From: an uncultured Planctomycetota bacterium
GTDB taxonomy: Bacteria; Planctomycetota; Planctomycetia; Pirellulales; Lacipirellulaceae
Length of the DNA stretch: 64,000 nucleotides
Direction: 5' to 3'
NCBI GenBank assembly: GCA_963719315.1
Contig: CAVRBU010000002.1
Coordinates: 736,001-800,000, forward strand
In this document: piece after piece, positions 39,779-48,362 of the stretch
Layout of the letters: every line of letters begins with the position of its first letter
Position numbering within the stretch: position 1 is the first letter of the stretch
Made by a program: the position numbers and the translations under genes
The notes under the pieces: model-generated
Told to the model about the DNA's origin: nothing
Seen by the model: only the letters and a program-made list of their open reading frames with translations
The model's database searches: none

Positions 39779-40066
39779 ATGGCCAACACGCACCGAGTTA
39801 CCACGACCCCCGTTGAAGAGTTGCCCGCCGACTTGTTGAAACTTGCCGCCGCGATCCACTCGCTTCCGGACGAGTTTTCGCGAGAGCTGATTCCGTCTCT
39901 GGAGCGAGTGGTTGAAAGCACGAAACGCCGACGACGCATATTGAGCATGGTGCAAGACGCGTTGAGTCAATTGCGGTTGGACATGAAATACCTGATGTTC
40001 GATGTGGAAGCCACCCGTCGCGAGCGGGACGGGCTTCAAGCCCGCCTCCAAGAGTTCGAAAGCTGA
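39779..40066 (+). CDS. Small conserved coiled-coil protein
   Basis: GGAG RBS; RRRRILSMVQDALSQLRLDMKYLMFDVEATRRERD. Confidence 0.8.
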   Translation: MANTHRVTTTPVEELPADLLKLAAAIHSLPDEFSRELIPSLERVVESTKRRRRILSMVQDALSQLRLDMKYLMFDVEATRRERDGLQARLQEFES

Positions 40067-40111
40067 AAGACAGGAAACAAGCGTAGCTGGATGAGTTCAT
40101 AACTGCGTGCT

Positions 40112-41610
40112 ATGGCCGAAATCAAATCCGCGGAACAACTGGCCCAGCGCGCGCTCGATGTCAATGTCATTGATCATGGGCAATTGCAGCGTGTGTGGAG
40201 CGAGCTGGGCTCGACCAATCCGCCACTAAGCGCGTTTCAACAATTGCTGTTGCGAAGCGAGTTGTTGACTCAGTATCAGCTCGAAAAGCTGATGAAGCCC
40301 GACTCGCGGACCGGCTTCTTCTACGGCGACTACAAGGTTCTCTATTGCGTTGGCGCCGGCACGTTTGCTCGCGTGTTTCGCGCCGTTCATCGGACCTCGG
40401 GCAAGATCTTTGCCGTCAAGGTGTTGCGCAGCAGCTTGAGCAATCCCAAGGGGTTTCATGAAAAGACCCAGAAGAGCTTAAAGCTGTACATCGATTTGTT
40501 TCGCCGCGAGGGCGAGTTCGGCATGAAGCTGAAGCACCCGAACATCGTGGAGATCCATGAAGTCTACTCGCATGGCTTGACGCATTTCATCGTGATGGAT
40601 TTCGTCGAAGGGCGAAACCTCCGCGAGTTCTATCGCAATCGGCGCCGGTTCGATCCGATGGAGGCGGCCGAGATCATGGCGGGCGTGATGTCTGGTTTGA
40701 CTTATGCGCTGCAGCAGGGGGTTACGCACCGCGACTTGAAGATGTCGAACGTGCTGGTCTCCAGCGAAGGCGTGGCCAAGCTCGTAGACTTCGGCCTGGC
40801 CGGCGTGCAGGGGGCCGAATTTGCCGATGCCGAAGGCTTCAGCCGCCGCACGATCGACTACGCCGGGTTGGAACGGGCGACCGGCTGCCGTCAGGACGAT
40901 CCGCGGACCGACATCTACTTCGCCGGTACGATCCTGTACCAAATGCTGACCGCCTACCCTGCCCTGCCCGATAATCGCGAGCGGGGCCAGGCCGGAAAGG
41001 CGCGATACCAGGATATCAGGCCGATCCTCGATTTGGTGCCCACGCTGCCGTTGCCGCTCACGATGGTCGTCAACAAGGCGCTCGAATTCGATCCCGAGAA
41101 GCGCTACCAAACGCCCGGCGACATGCTGGTCGAGCTCAAGCTGGCGATCAAGCGCGTGAAGGGCGCGAAGGAAGGACGCGCGGGCGGGGCGGAATTGCAC
41201 AGCAACGAAGGGCTCGACGAGCACGGCCAACCGCGCAAGTTGATGATCGTCGAATCCGACGTGAAGATGCAGAACATGCTCCGCGAGTTGTTCAAGAAGA
41301 ACGGCTATCGCGCGTTGGTATTGAGCGACCCCGACCGCGCGCTCGACCGCTTCTTCCAAGACAGCAAGGCGGCCGACCTCGTGCTGTTCACGACCAGCAG
41401 CAACGGCCGAGCGGCGCTCGACGCATTCAATCGCTTCGGCCAGGAATCGACCACGCGCGATCTTCCGACCGTGCTGCTCCTCGACGAGAGCCACAGCCAC
41501 TGGGAAGAGGACGCCCAGACGAGCGACCATCGCGTGGTCGTGAAAATGCCGATCAAACAGCGCGAGCTGCGCGGGCGCTGGTGGAAGCGTCGCGGAAGAA
41601 GGTCTCGTAG
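40112..41610 (+). CDS. Hanks-type Ser/Thr kinase with C-terminal receiver-like domain; probable frameshift near 41573
   Basis: GAGTFARV, AVK, HRDLKMSN, DFG; a more natural end ALVEASRKKVS* at 41610 in another frame. Confidence 0.9.
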
Positions 41611-42069
41611 CTGCCGAGCGCGAGCCTCGTCCACGCGGTGAGTTTTGCGCGAAGGCTTCGCGCAATGGAAATCGCAAGTCGTTGGGCGGCAAGGGAGTAC
41701 GATTGTGCGGACGCGTGAAAATTTTTTTTCGCGTGCAAAAGTCCTCCTTTTTGCGCGGCGCTCGTGCGGCTAACGTCTGGAAAACCAGTGGCTTGGGCGT
41801 GCGCGAGGCGTGCAATAATAGGCGAGTTTGCTCTCTAAAAAGCCGTTTTCTGGCAGGATTTAGCGGTTCGCCAGAGCGGTCGAGCCCTTAAAATGATGGC
41901 GATTTTCGCGGCGTTTTGAGCTGTTTCGGCTCTTCGGCCAACTCTGAGCAAAAAAGCGCGAGCGGGTTAACGACGATCTTTGCCGCCGATGAACGCAGAT
42001 GCGCAGCAACCGCTGGCAAGGGTGCTGACAGCTAATGGCTAACAGCTTCGTCTACGGATTATCAAGGAT

Positions 42070-42154
42070 CAAACGCCGTCGCAATGCGGCGTGATGAGAC
42101 TATAGCGTTTTCGTGGGGGCCGATCCACAATTATTTTTGGCCGCGCGGAGAAGT
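42070..42154 (-). repeat. Dispersed non-coding repeat, copy 2
   Basis: Reverse complement aligns to 17181-17265. Confidence 0.8.
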
Positions 42155-42185
42155 CGTGCGGCGGCCGTTAGCGGTGTTTTTTGTG

Positions 42186-42261
42186 ACCACAAATAGTGCG
42201 GATGGCACGGATCGGGTTACGAGGCTGAATCTTATCCGTGCGAGCGGTGTAATTCGAGGTT
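42186..42261. repeat. Inverted pair of degenerate nonamer repeats
   Basis: ACCACAAAT AGTGCGGAT GGCACGGAT ... ATCCGTGCG AGCGGTGTA ATTCGAGGT. Confidence 0.6.
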
Positions 42262-42400
42262 GACCAGGTGCTCGAATCTGACGAACGTTGGGGCGAACGC
42301 GGCCGGGGTAGCCATCGCAACCACGGCATCGCCAGAATAAACGTACGGGGTCAGGATTCGATTAAATCGTTCTGACCCGATTTCCGGATTTCCGGGATCC

Positions 42401-42851
42401 GACGACGAGAATCGCACGCGATCTTCCTTCCGGAAAGAGTTGTCGCGGACCCGCGGCTGCTCGACCGCCAGCCGGCCGGCACCAGTGAGCAGCTCGCGCT
42501 CGCGGCAGTAGCCGTTGCTGACCGCCAGCCGATTGCCCCGCGCATCGCGCTGGTGGACGTGCTGGGCCAGGAAGTCGTCTACTTCCGTCTCGATGGCGGA
42601 CTGCAACATCTGTTGAGCTCTCTGCCGCACCTATTCGTCCAGCGGGCTGGTCGGGCCAAACTGGGGAGCGGAACTCCAGAACATCGGGATCAAGCATGGC
42701 TGCTGGACTCGAAATCTCTTCCGTCGTAACCTGTCGCATGGCGTATCCTCCGTTGCCCTCGTCGGGCCGCTAGTGAAATCAAAAATCCAATCACCAGCAG
42801 GATACGCCGCCTTTTCTTCATCTCATAGAACACAACATTCGGTTATCGCTC
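42401..42851 (-). mobile_element. IS256-family remnant (left end plus degraded 5' transposase)
   Basis: LQSAIETEVDDFL...NGYCRERELLTGAGRLAVEQPRVRD; frameshift, internal stop and truncation; putative end GAGCGATAACCGAATGTTGTG. Confidence 0.85.
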
Positions 42852-42993
42852 CCACATTTAGAAGTCTGTCGAGCGGCTGCTCGCAAGGTGTTGCCGCACT
42901 TGTCGTTGCGGAGATAAAAAAGCTATACTTCTTTACCGGGGTCGTTTAAGCTAGGTAATATCGGGCGGCAGGTTTGTTCACCGGGAGTGCTTC

Positions 42994-43464
42994 GTGAAGC
43001 CAATTCTGCAAGCACTTTTAATGGCGGATCATGTCTACGTCGATGCCGCGACGAAAAAGAAAATAGTCGCTGGCATTTTTCACAAACTGGTACTGTTCCC
43101 ACCGAAGCTTGAGCCGGTTCCTGGGCCAGAAGGCGAGTACAGTGGTGAGTCTGTTCAGAGAATACAGATTCCGGTTGCCGGCCAAAAGTCTGGTTCGCCG
43201 TTTTGCTATCTCAGCGTCACCGAAGTTTATGGCAAGCAGGCATTCACGCTTCGCTATGTGAACCTAGATGATGACAAAGCGATTTTTCAGACCGAATTTC
43301 AATTAGAGGGCAAGGACCCGCTGGAAACGATTGAGTTTGTTCTTCCACTCCCAGAATTACCGTCAAAAGCGGCTGGCCATTACGCCCTTGAATTGCTCTG
43401 GGGACTAGAGCCCCTTGGCTGTCATCGAATAACAATTGAAAAATCCTCCACAACAGAGAGTTGA
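42994..43464 (+). CDS. Hypothetical beta-rich protein (DUF6941-like)
   Basis: ALLMADHVYVD...KKIVAGIF; GHYALELLW. Confidence 0.7.
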   Translation: MKPILQALLMADHVYVDAATKKKIVAGIFHKLVLFPPKLEPVPGPEGEYSGESVQRIQIPVAGQKSGSPFCYLSVTEVYGKQAFTLRYVNLDDDKAIFQTEFQLEGKDPLETIEFVLPLPELPSKAAGHYALELLWGLEPLGCHRITIEKSSTTES

Positions 43465-43790
43465 GTATGTCCACATCAATTTGTGAAAAGCGCTATGGGG
43501 CAACCGTGTCTAATCCTAGCTATCAATGGCAGCCTTTAACGGAAGACACCTACGAATGCCGGGTGTTGCTGTGCCCGGAGGAAGGGGGGGGGTACTCCGC
43601 TCACGCGCTGCGACTCCCGGGCGTTGTTAGCCAAGGGGAAACCCAAGACGAGGCGCTATGCAATATCTCAGATGCGTTTAAGGAAACAGTTCAATGCTAC
43701 TTAGAGTCGGGAGGCTCGATTCCTTGGCAGGAGATTACGATTGATCGACCGGTTGGTTGTATGGAGCGATGGATTCTCGTAAATGTCTGA
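43461..43790 (+). CDS. hicB: HicB-family antitoxin (no C-terminal DNA-binding domain)
   Basis: EEGGGYSA...LPGVVSQGETQDEALCNISDA. Confidence 0.88.
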   Translation: MSMSTSICEKRYGATVSNPSYQWQPLTEDTYECRVLLCPEEGGGYSAHALRLPGVVSQGETQDEALCNISDAFKETVQCYLESGGSIPWQEITIDRPVGCMERWILVNV

Positions 43791-44013
43791 ACTGCCGGCG
43801 ATTTCAGGCAAGCAGGCAATTAAGGTATTCTCTGCCGACGGCTTTAATGTCGTGCGAATATCTAAGTCGAGCCACCACATAATGAAAAAGCCGGGCCATC
43901 CACTCCTGTTGTCTGTGCCGGTCCACGGCAACAAGACGTTGAAACCTGGAACTCTTCGCGGGCTGATATCCGCATCCGGGCTAACAGTTGAGCAATTTGT
44001 TGCGTTGCTTTGA
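43783..44013 (+). CDS. hicA: HicA-family mRNA interferase toxin
   Basis: LPAISGKQAIK, SSHHIMKK, SVPVHG, LKPGTLRGLI. Confidence 0.9.
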   Translation: MSELPAISGKQAIKVFSADGFNVVRISKSSHHIMKKPGHPLLLSVPVHGNKTLKPGTLRGLISASGLTVEQFVALL

Positions 44014-44113
44014 CATCAAGTAGCAGGATTTCTTGGCGTCGATCTTGGAGCATGATCGTGGCGGGGCCACCAAAAAGGAGGCAGAACTTTTTATGGCGAT
44101 AATAGTTCTGACC

Positions 44114-45105
44114 TGCTCAGTAGAAAACGTCTGAATGCTAGCTAAACATCGGTGTGTGTTGGTTCGTATGACGGTGGATGAAGACGAGCAAGAGTCCGAA
44201 GCGCGTGTTGGTCGAGGCACTGGCCGTGGCCCAGGCTTCGCTGCCGCGGTACTCGCATCGGTTCAGCCCACGGGTCTTCACGCAGCATCAACTGTTTGCC
44301 TGTCTGGTGCTCAAGGATTTTTACAACCTGACCTATCGGGGCACCGTTGGCCTGTTGGCGGACAGCGATTCGCTGTGCGAAGCGATCGGCCTGGAAAAGG
44401 TGCCCCACTTCACGACGCTGCAAAAGTCGGCCGATCGGTTGTTGGTGAAGAAGTCGTTTCAACGGCTGATCACGGCCACGGTCCAGCGGGCACGGAAGGC
44501 CAAGCTGCTCCGCCGCTCCGTGCGATTGGCAGCCATCGACACCAGCGGCTTCGAAGCGCGGCACACCAGTCGCTACTATGCCTGGCGTCGAAAAAAGGTG
44601 GGAAAACACGGACGAACGTGCGCCGTCTCCTATCGCCGCTACCCCAAGCTGGGCGTGGTCTGCGACACGACGAGTCATTTCTGCCTGGCGGCCCGGGCTA
44701 GCCAGGGACCGCGGCCCGACTTCGGCGATTTCCGCCCGCTCGTCGTCGAAGCGCAGGCTCGCACCGGAGTGAAGGCGGTCGCGGCGGACGCCGGCTTCGA
44801 CAGCGAAGCCAACCACGTGTTGGCCCGCGACGAACTGGGGATTCAGTCCCTGATCCCCGCCGAGCACGGCCGACCGCCGGCCGGGGAACCCGTGGGCCGC
44901 TATCGAAAGCAGATGAAACGTCATTTGCACGAAAGTCGTTATGGACAACGTTGGCAGGTGGAAACCGTCTACTCGATGATCAAACGTCTCTCGGGAGAAG
45001 TCGTCAACGCCCGCACCCACTGGCGCCGCTGCCGACTCCTGCTCCTCAAAACACTCACTCACAACATCTCGATTCTCAGACAACACCTAGGTTTTCTACT
45101 GAGCA
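44114..45105 (+). mobile_element. IS5-family (ISH1-like) insertion sequence
   Basis: Perfect 15-bp IRs TGCTCAGTAGAAAAC / GTTTTCTACTGAGCA; 9-bp direct repeat GTTCTGACC at 44105-44113 and 45106-45114. Confidence 0.92.
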
Positions 45106-45152
45106 GTTCTGACCCCTTTTTTCCTTCGCATTCCAGAATCCGATACAGGTGA
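44178..45152 (+). CDS. DDE transposase (reads through the right IR)
   Basis: AIDTSGF, ADAGFDSE, YGQRWQVETVYSMIKR. Confidence 0.92.
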   Translation: MKTSKSPKRVLVEALAVAQASLPRYSHRFSPRVFTQHQLFACLVLKDFYNLTYRGTVGLLADSDSLCEAIGLEKVPHFTTLQKSADRLLVKKSFQRLITATVQRARKAKLLRRSVRLAAIDTSGFEARHTSRYYAWRRKKVGKHGRTCAVSYRRYPKLGVVCDTTSHFCLAARASQGPRPDFGDFRPLVVEAQARTGVKAVAADAGFDSEANHVLARDELGIQSLIPAEHGRPPAGEPVGRYRKQMKRHLHESRYGQRWQVETVYSMIKRLSGEVVNARTHWRRCRLLLLKTLTHNISILRQHLGFLLSSSDPFFPSHSRIRYR

Positions 45153-45312
45153 AGGCTAAACTTACTTCTGTCGCTCTTGCGTGTCGGTAAACCAAAACAC
45201 AAACAAAACGATCATCGTAGGAACGTAGAAATAGGTTGGCAACCAGGGGGCACCCCAGATTGCGGCTGCGACCGCATTTGAATAAATCTAACTGGGGACC
45301 CACGGCCACCGC

Positions 45313-45882
45313 CTAACCTCTCCGCATGTAGGTATTACTTGCTATCTCGACGACAGAACTTATATAGCCTAAATAGATCAGCGTCCCATTGAGAATCATT
45401 CCGGCCACCCACAACAGCGTGGCCAATTTCATCAGTCGTAAGACCAAGGGTATCCGTGTGTTTCGCTTCAAAAAGAATTGCGATAGTCTGAGCATCAGGA
45501 CGGCAACGAATCCAATTATTGCCCATGAAACTACCAACGATATATTTCTATCGGGACCACCAAGCAGTACACCAATCAATCCGCCTATGAATGTCCCTAT
45601 GACCAATTCGTGAGCATTCAATCTGCCACGGCGTTTCGCGGGAGAGCGTGTCGGGGCAGTAACGATAACAGGGATGTCAGGCGAAGGCCGCGTTTCTACT
45701 TGCGGCTTCGGCTCGTTGCGGATGAAGTTTTCGAGTTCATTTAGTTCGTCGTCTGTGATATCTCGCGGCCGAAGAATATCAATTTGCGCTCCGCACTTAG
45801 GACAATTCGCGGACTTGCCATCTGCCGTATCGGGGGCTGTGAATAGTCTGCCACACGATTGGCAAGTAACGACGAAAGACAT
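45313..45882 (-). CDS. Zinc-ribbon membrane protein
   Basis: CQSCG...CPKCG followed by three TM segments; GGAGG RBS. Confidence 0.75.
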   Translation of the reverse strand: MSFVVTCQSCGRLFTAPDTADGKSANCPKCGAQIDILRPRDITDDELNELENFIRNEPKPQVETRPSPDIPVIVTAPTRSPAKRRGRLNAHELVIGTFIGGLIGVLLGGPDRNISLVVSWAIIGFVAVLMLRLSQFFLKRNTRIPLVLRLMKLATLLWVAGMILNGTLIYLGYISSVVEIASNTYMRRG

Positions 45883-45950
45883 CGCACTACCCTCCGGCTT
45901 TGGGAGAGTTAACAGCAACCGCTATCGGTCATCATAACCATTGTGGGATG

Positions 45951-46709
45951 TCAGGAGCAATGACGCCATCTAATGCTGACACCAACTACGCCGAGTAGCG
46001 ACCACACGATAAGGGAGGTGGGTTCGGGGACAGCGGCAACGGAGATTGGTGAACTGATCGCGTAGAAGTGCCCCGGGTAGTGACTATACCCTGAATTTGA
46101 GAAGTTGCTTAGCCATTGTCCGTCAGAAATCAGCGTCGGGTCGCCGCTCCCACTCACAAAAGAGGTTCCCAACGCCGGTCCCCCGCTACGCCCGGCCCAG
46201 TAAGTGCAAGTGAATATGATTCCAACTTGGCTCTGCGAAAAAGAGAACAAGCCATCTTGGTCATACGCGATCGGGTTCGACAAGATACCGCTTTGACTCA
46301 AAAACTGAGTCCAACCCGACGCGACGAGTTCGCCCCGTGTGTTGAAAATCGGAAGGTCGTCAGCACCGCCAGAAAGCACGTTGTCAATCGCATCCACCGT
46401 CGCAGTGGAGCCATAAACAAACCATTCGGGCGACGCACCAACGCTCGCAAGGGTGGATTCAAGCGAACTGCCCGCCACTTCGCTCCTGACGAAATCGTTG
46501 TAATCTTCGATCAGAGGCGAATCCGCATCGCGAACACCTTGCGTCACTAGGGCAATGCGATACGTCGTAACTCCCGCAGGAAGCGTTATGGAAGCATGGG
46601 CAGTACTTGGTACAAGCAGTACGGCGGCAGCGAAGCCAAAGTGAATAACGCACGCCACCAAGACCCCAGCAACCTTTCGGCAAATCGTCGTTGTTCGCAT
46701 GGTCGGCAC
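45951..46709 (-). CDS. PEP-CTERM sorting-domain surface protein
   Basis: Signal peptide; C-terminal VPEPTSLIVWSLLGVVGVSIRWR. Confidence 0.9.
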   Translation of the reverse strand: MPTMRTTTICRKVAGVLVACVIHFGFAAAVLLVPSTAHASITLPAGVTTYRIALVTQGVRDADSPLIEDYNDFVRSEVAGSSLESTLASVGASPEWFVYGSTATVDAIDNVLSGGADDLPIFNTRGELVASGWTQFLSQSGILSNPIAYDQDGLFSFSQSQVGIIFTCTYWAGRSGGPALGTSFVSGSGDPTLISDGQWLSNFSNSGYSHYPGHFYAISSPISVAAVPEPTSLIVWSLLGVVGVSIRWRHCS

Positions 46710-46898
46710 CCTTCATAGTTGGAACACTGACATAGCCCACCACTTTTGGACAGTGTCGATGAGTGGAATGAATTGTGCGGCTTGTGTTTGCTGCACGTTG
46801 GTTGAGGCGAAGACGAGAAGAATAGCTATGACGCAATATGATGCTTTCATCAGGCACTCCAAAACTGTGCAAACGAACGCGGAGTTCAGCGAAAACTA

Positions 46899-46930
46899 AT
46901 GCTACTCAAAGTCTGTAGACTTATCGACAT
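46899..46930 (+). promoter_or_regulatory. C-box-like operator
   Basis: ATGCTACTCAAAGTC-TGT-AGACTTATCGACAT, 20 nt upstream of the controller-like ATG. Confidence 0.75.
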
Positions 46931-46950
46931 CATAACCCGATTTTCGGGGG

Positions 46951-47169
46951 ATGCGAGAGTCGCCGCAAAAATTCCTTGGGAATCGAATTCGTCAGCTTCG
47001 GCTGCGCTTGAAATTATCCCAAGAAGACCTTGCGGCAGCAAGCGAATTGCACCGAACCTACGTGGGAAGCGTTGAGCGGGGCGAACGTAACGTTAGCCTT
47101 ACCAATATCATCCGTCTCGCACGGGCGTTGCAAACGACGCCAAGCATGCTGCTTCATGGGCTTGAATAG
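46951..47169 (+). CDS. XRE-family HTH regulator, R-M controller (C) protein type
   Basis: [39 protein letters not shown]. Confidence 0.9.
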   Translation: MRESPQKFLGNRIRQLRLRLKLSQEDLAAASELHRTYVGSVERGERNVSLTNIIRLARALQTTPSMLLHGLE

Positions 47170-47276
47170 CCGCAGCATAATCCATTCCAGGAATCGATAT
47201 CGATGTAGTCATAATTTGCACCGGCAACTATCCGCGAATTTCCTTCCGCGATGCTGCTCGGACTCAGTTCGACTAT

Positions 47277-47465
47277 TTGATGTTATTTCGAGCTGTCGAA
47301 GCTGCGGCGGTCGCTGTCTTATCCTTCCTGGTATTCGTCGCGATCCAAGGTTCGCTTGATCCTTCCCACTTTGTGCGGTCCAGATTCAGTCTCCGCACGT
47401 TATTCATTGCGATGACTGTGTGCGCCCTGCTGCTTGGGTTGATCGCTTATTCGGTCCGACACTGA
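47277..47465 (+). pseudogene. Small membrane ORF or remnant ending in RFSLRTLFIAMTVCALLLGLIAY
   Basis: No convincing start; RFSLRTL motif plus TM helix. Confidence 0.45.
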
Positions 47466-47500
47466 TCTTCCCTGAACTCACGGTCTAAATACCAATTCTT

Positions 47501-47827
47501 GTAGGTCCCTTCTGCCGGAAGGGACCTCCGCGGATTCGCATGTTGGCGGGCGGGTTCGGGTCCCGCTCGGCAAGCTCAGCGTTACCCACATCTCAATAAG
47601 AGCCGCGAGAAGCCCTGTAAACAGGGCTTGGTGCAGCTCGGTTGGCCCCCGCCAACCCGTCGCCAACGACGAGCCTAAGACCACCTTCGGTGGAAAGAGC
47701 CGTGAACGGCTCTGCAATCCGCGAAACTGTTACAGTTGTGGGTCATGGCAAGTCTGCCGGAAGGGACCTCAGCGGATTCGCGATTTTGCGGAGCGGGTTC
47801 AGGTCCCGCTCGGCAAGCGGGACCTAC
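47501..47827. repeat. Partly duplicated GTAG REP-like doublet enclosing a hairpin cluster
   Basis: About 65-nt direct repeat at 47511-47575 and 47753-47818; outer ends GTAGGTCCC / GGGACCTAC. Confidence 0.8.
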
Positions 47828-47834
47828 TTGGGCG

Positions 47835-48275
47835 TTAGTGCTGTTCTAGCTGGCGGATTTTTTCGACGCGGCGTTGGTGGCGGCCGCCTTCGAATTCGGT
47901 TTCCATCCACTTGATGACCACGCGCTCGGTGCTGTTGGCGCTGAGCAGGTCGCCGGAGAGGCAGAGGACGTTGAGGTCGTTGTGGCGGCGGCTGAGTTCG
48001 GCGGTGACTTCGTCGGCGCAGGCGGCGGCGCGGACGCCGGCGAATTTGTTGGCGGAGATTGCCATGCCGATGCCGGTGCCGCAGATGAGGATGCCCCGGT
48101 CGACCTCGCCGCTGCTTACTTTTTTAGCGACCAAGGCGGCGAAATCCGGGTAGTCGACGGCAGCGTCGTTCGACGGGCCTTCGTCGATGACCTCGTGCCC
48201 TTTCGACTTCAGGAGCGTGCTCACCCGTTCCTTCAGGTGGTAGCCACGGTGATCGCTGGCGATGGCAACTTTCAT
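47835..48275 (-). CDS. rpiB: Ribose-5-phosphate isomerase B
   Basis: ASDHRG, VDYPD, ICGTGIGM, SRRHNDLNVL, FEGGRHQRRV. Confidence 0.96.
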   Translation of the reverse strand: MKVAIASDHRGYHLKERVSTLLKSKGHEVIDEGPSNDAAVDYPDFAALVAKKVSSGEVDRGILICGTGIGMAISANKFAGVRAAACADEVTAELSRRHNDLNVLCLSGDLLSANSTERVVIKWMETEFEGGRHQRRVEKIRQLEQH

Positions 48276-48286
48276 GGGAACCCTTT

Positions 48287-48362
48287 GGGGTAAGTGAGTT
48301 GGTGAGTAAGTGAGTGGGTGGGGAGGCTGACCTGTTAACTTACTCTCCTACTCACCTACTCA
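48287..48362. repeat. Inverted pair of octamer tandem repeats between the tsaC fusion and rpiB
   Basis: Minus strand: TGAGTAGG TGAGTAGG AGAGTAAG ... CCCACTCA CTTACTCA CCAACTCA CTTACCCC. Confidence 0.8.

Noticed and set aside
40478..41815. 445-aa minus-strand ORF
   Set aside because: Antisense to the Ser/Thr kinase; typical GC-rich shadow frame.
44142..45086. 314-aa ORF antisense to the IS5 transposase
   Set aside because: Shadow ORF with no recognisable motifs.
47501..47827. CRISPR array
   Set aside because: Only two long imperfect repeats with a 177-nt interval, and no cas genes.
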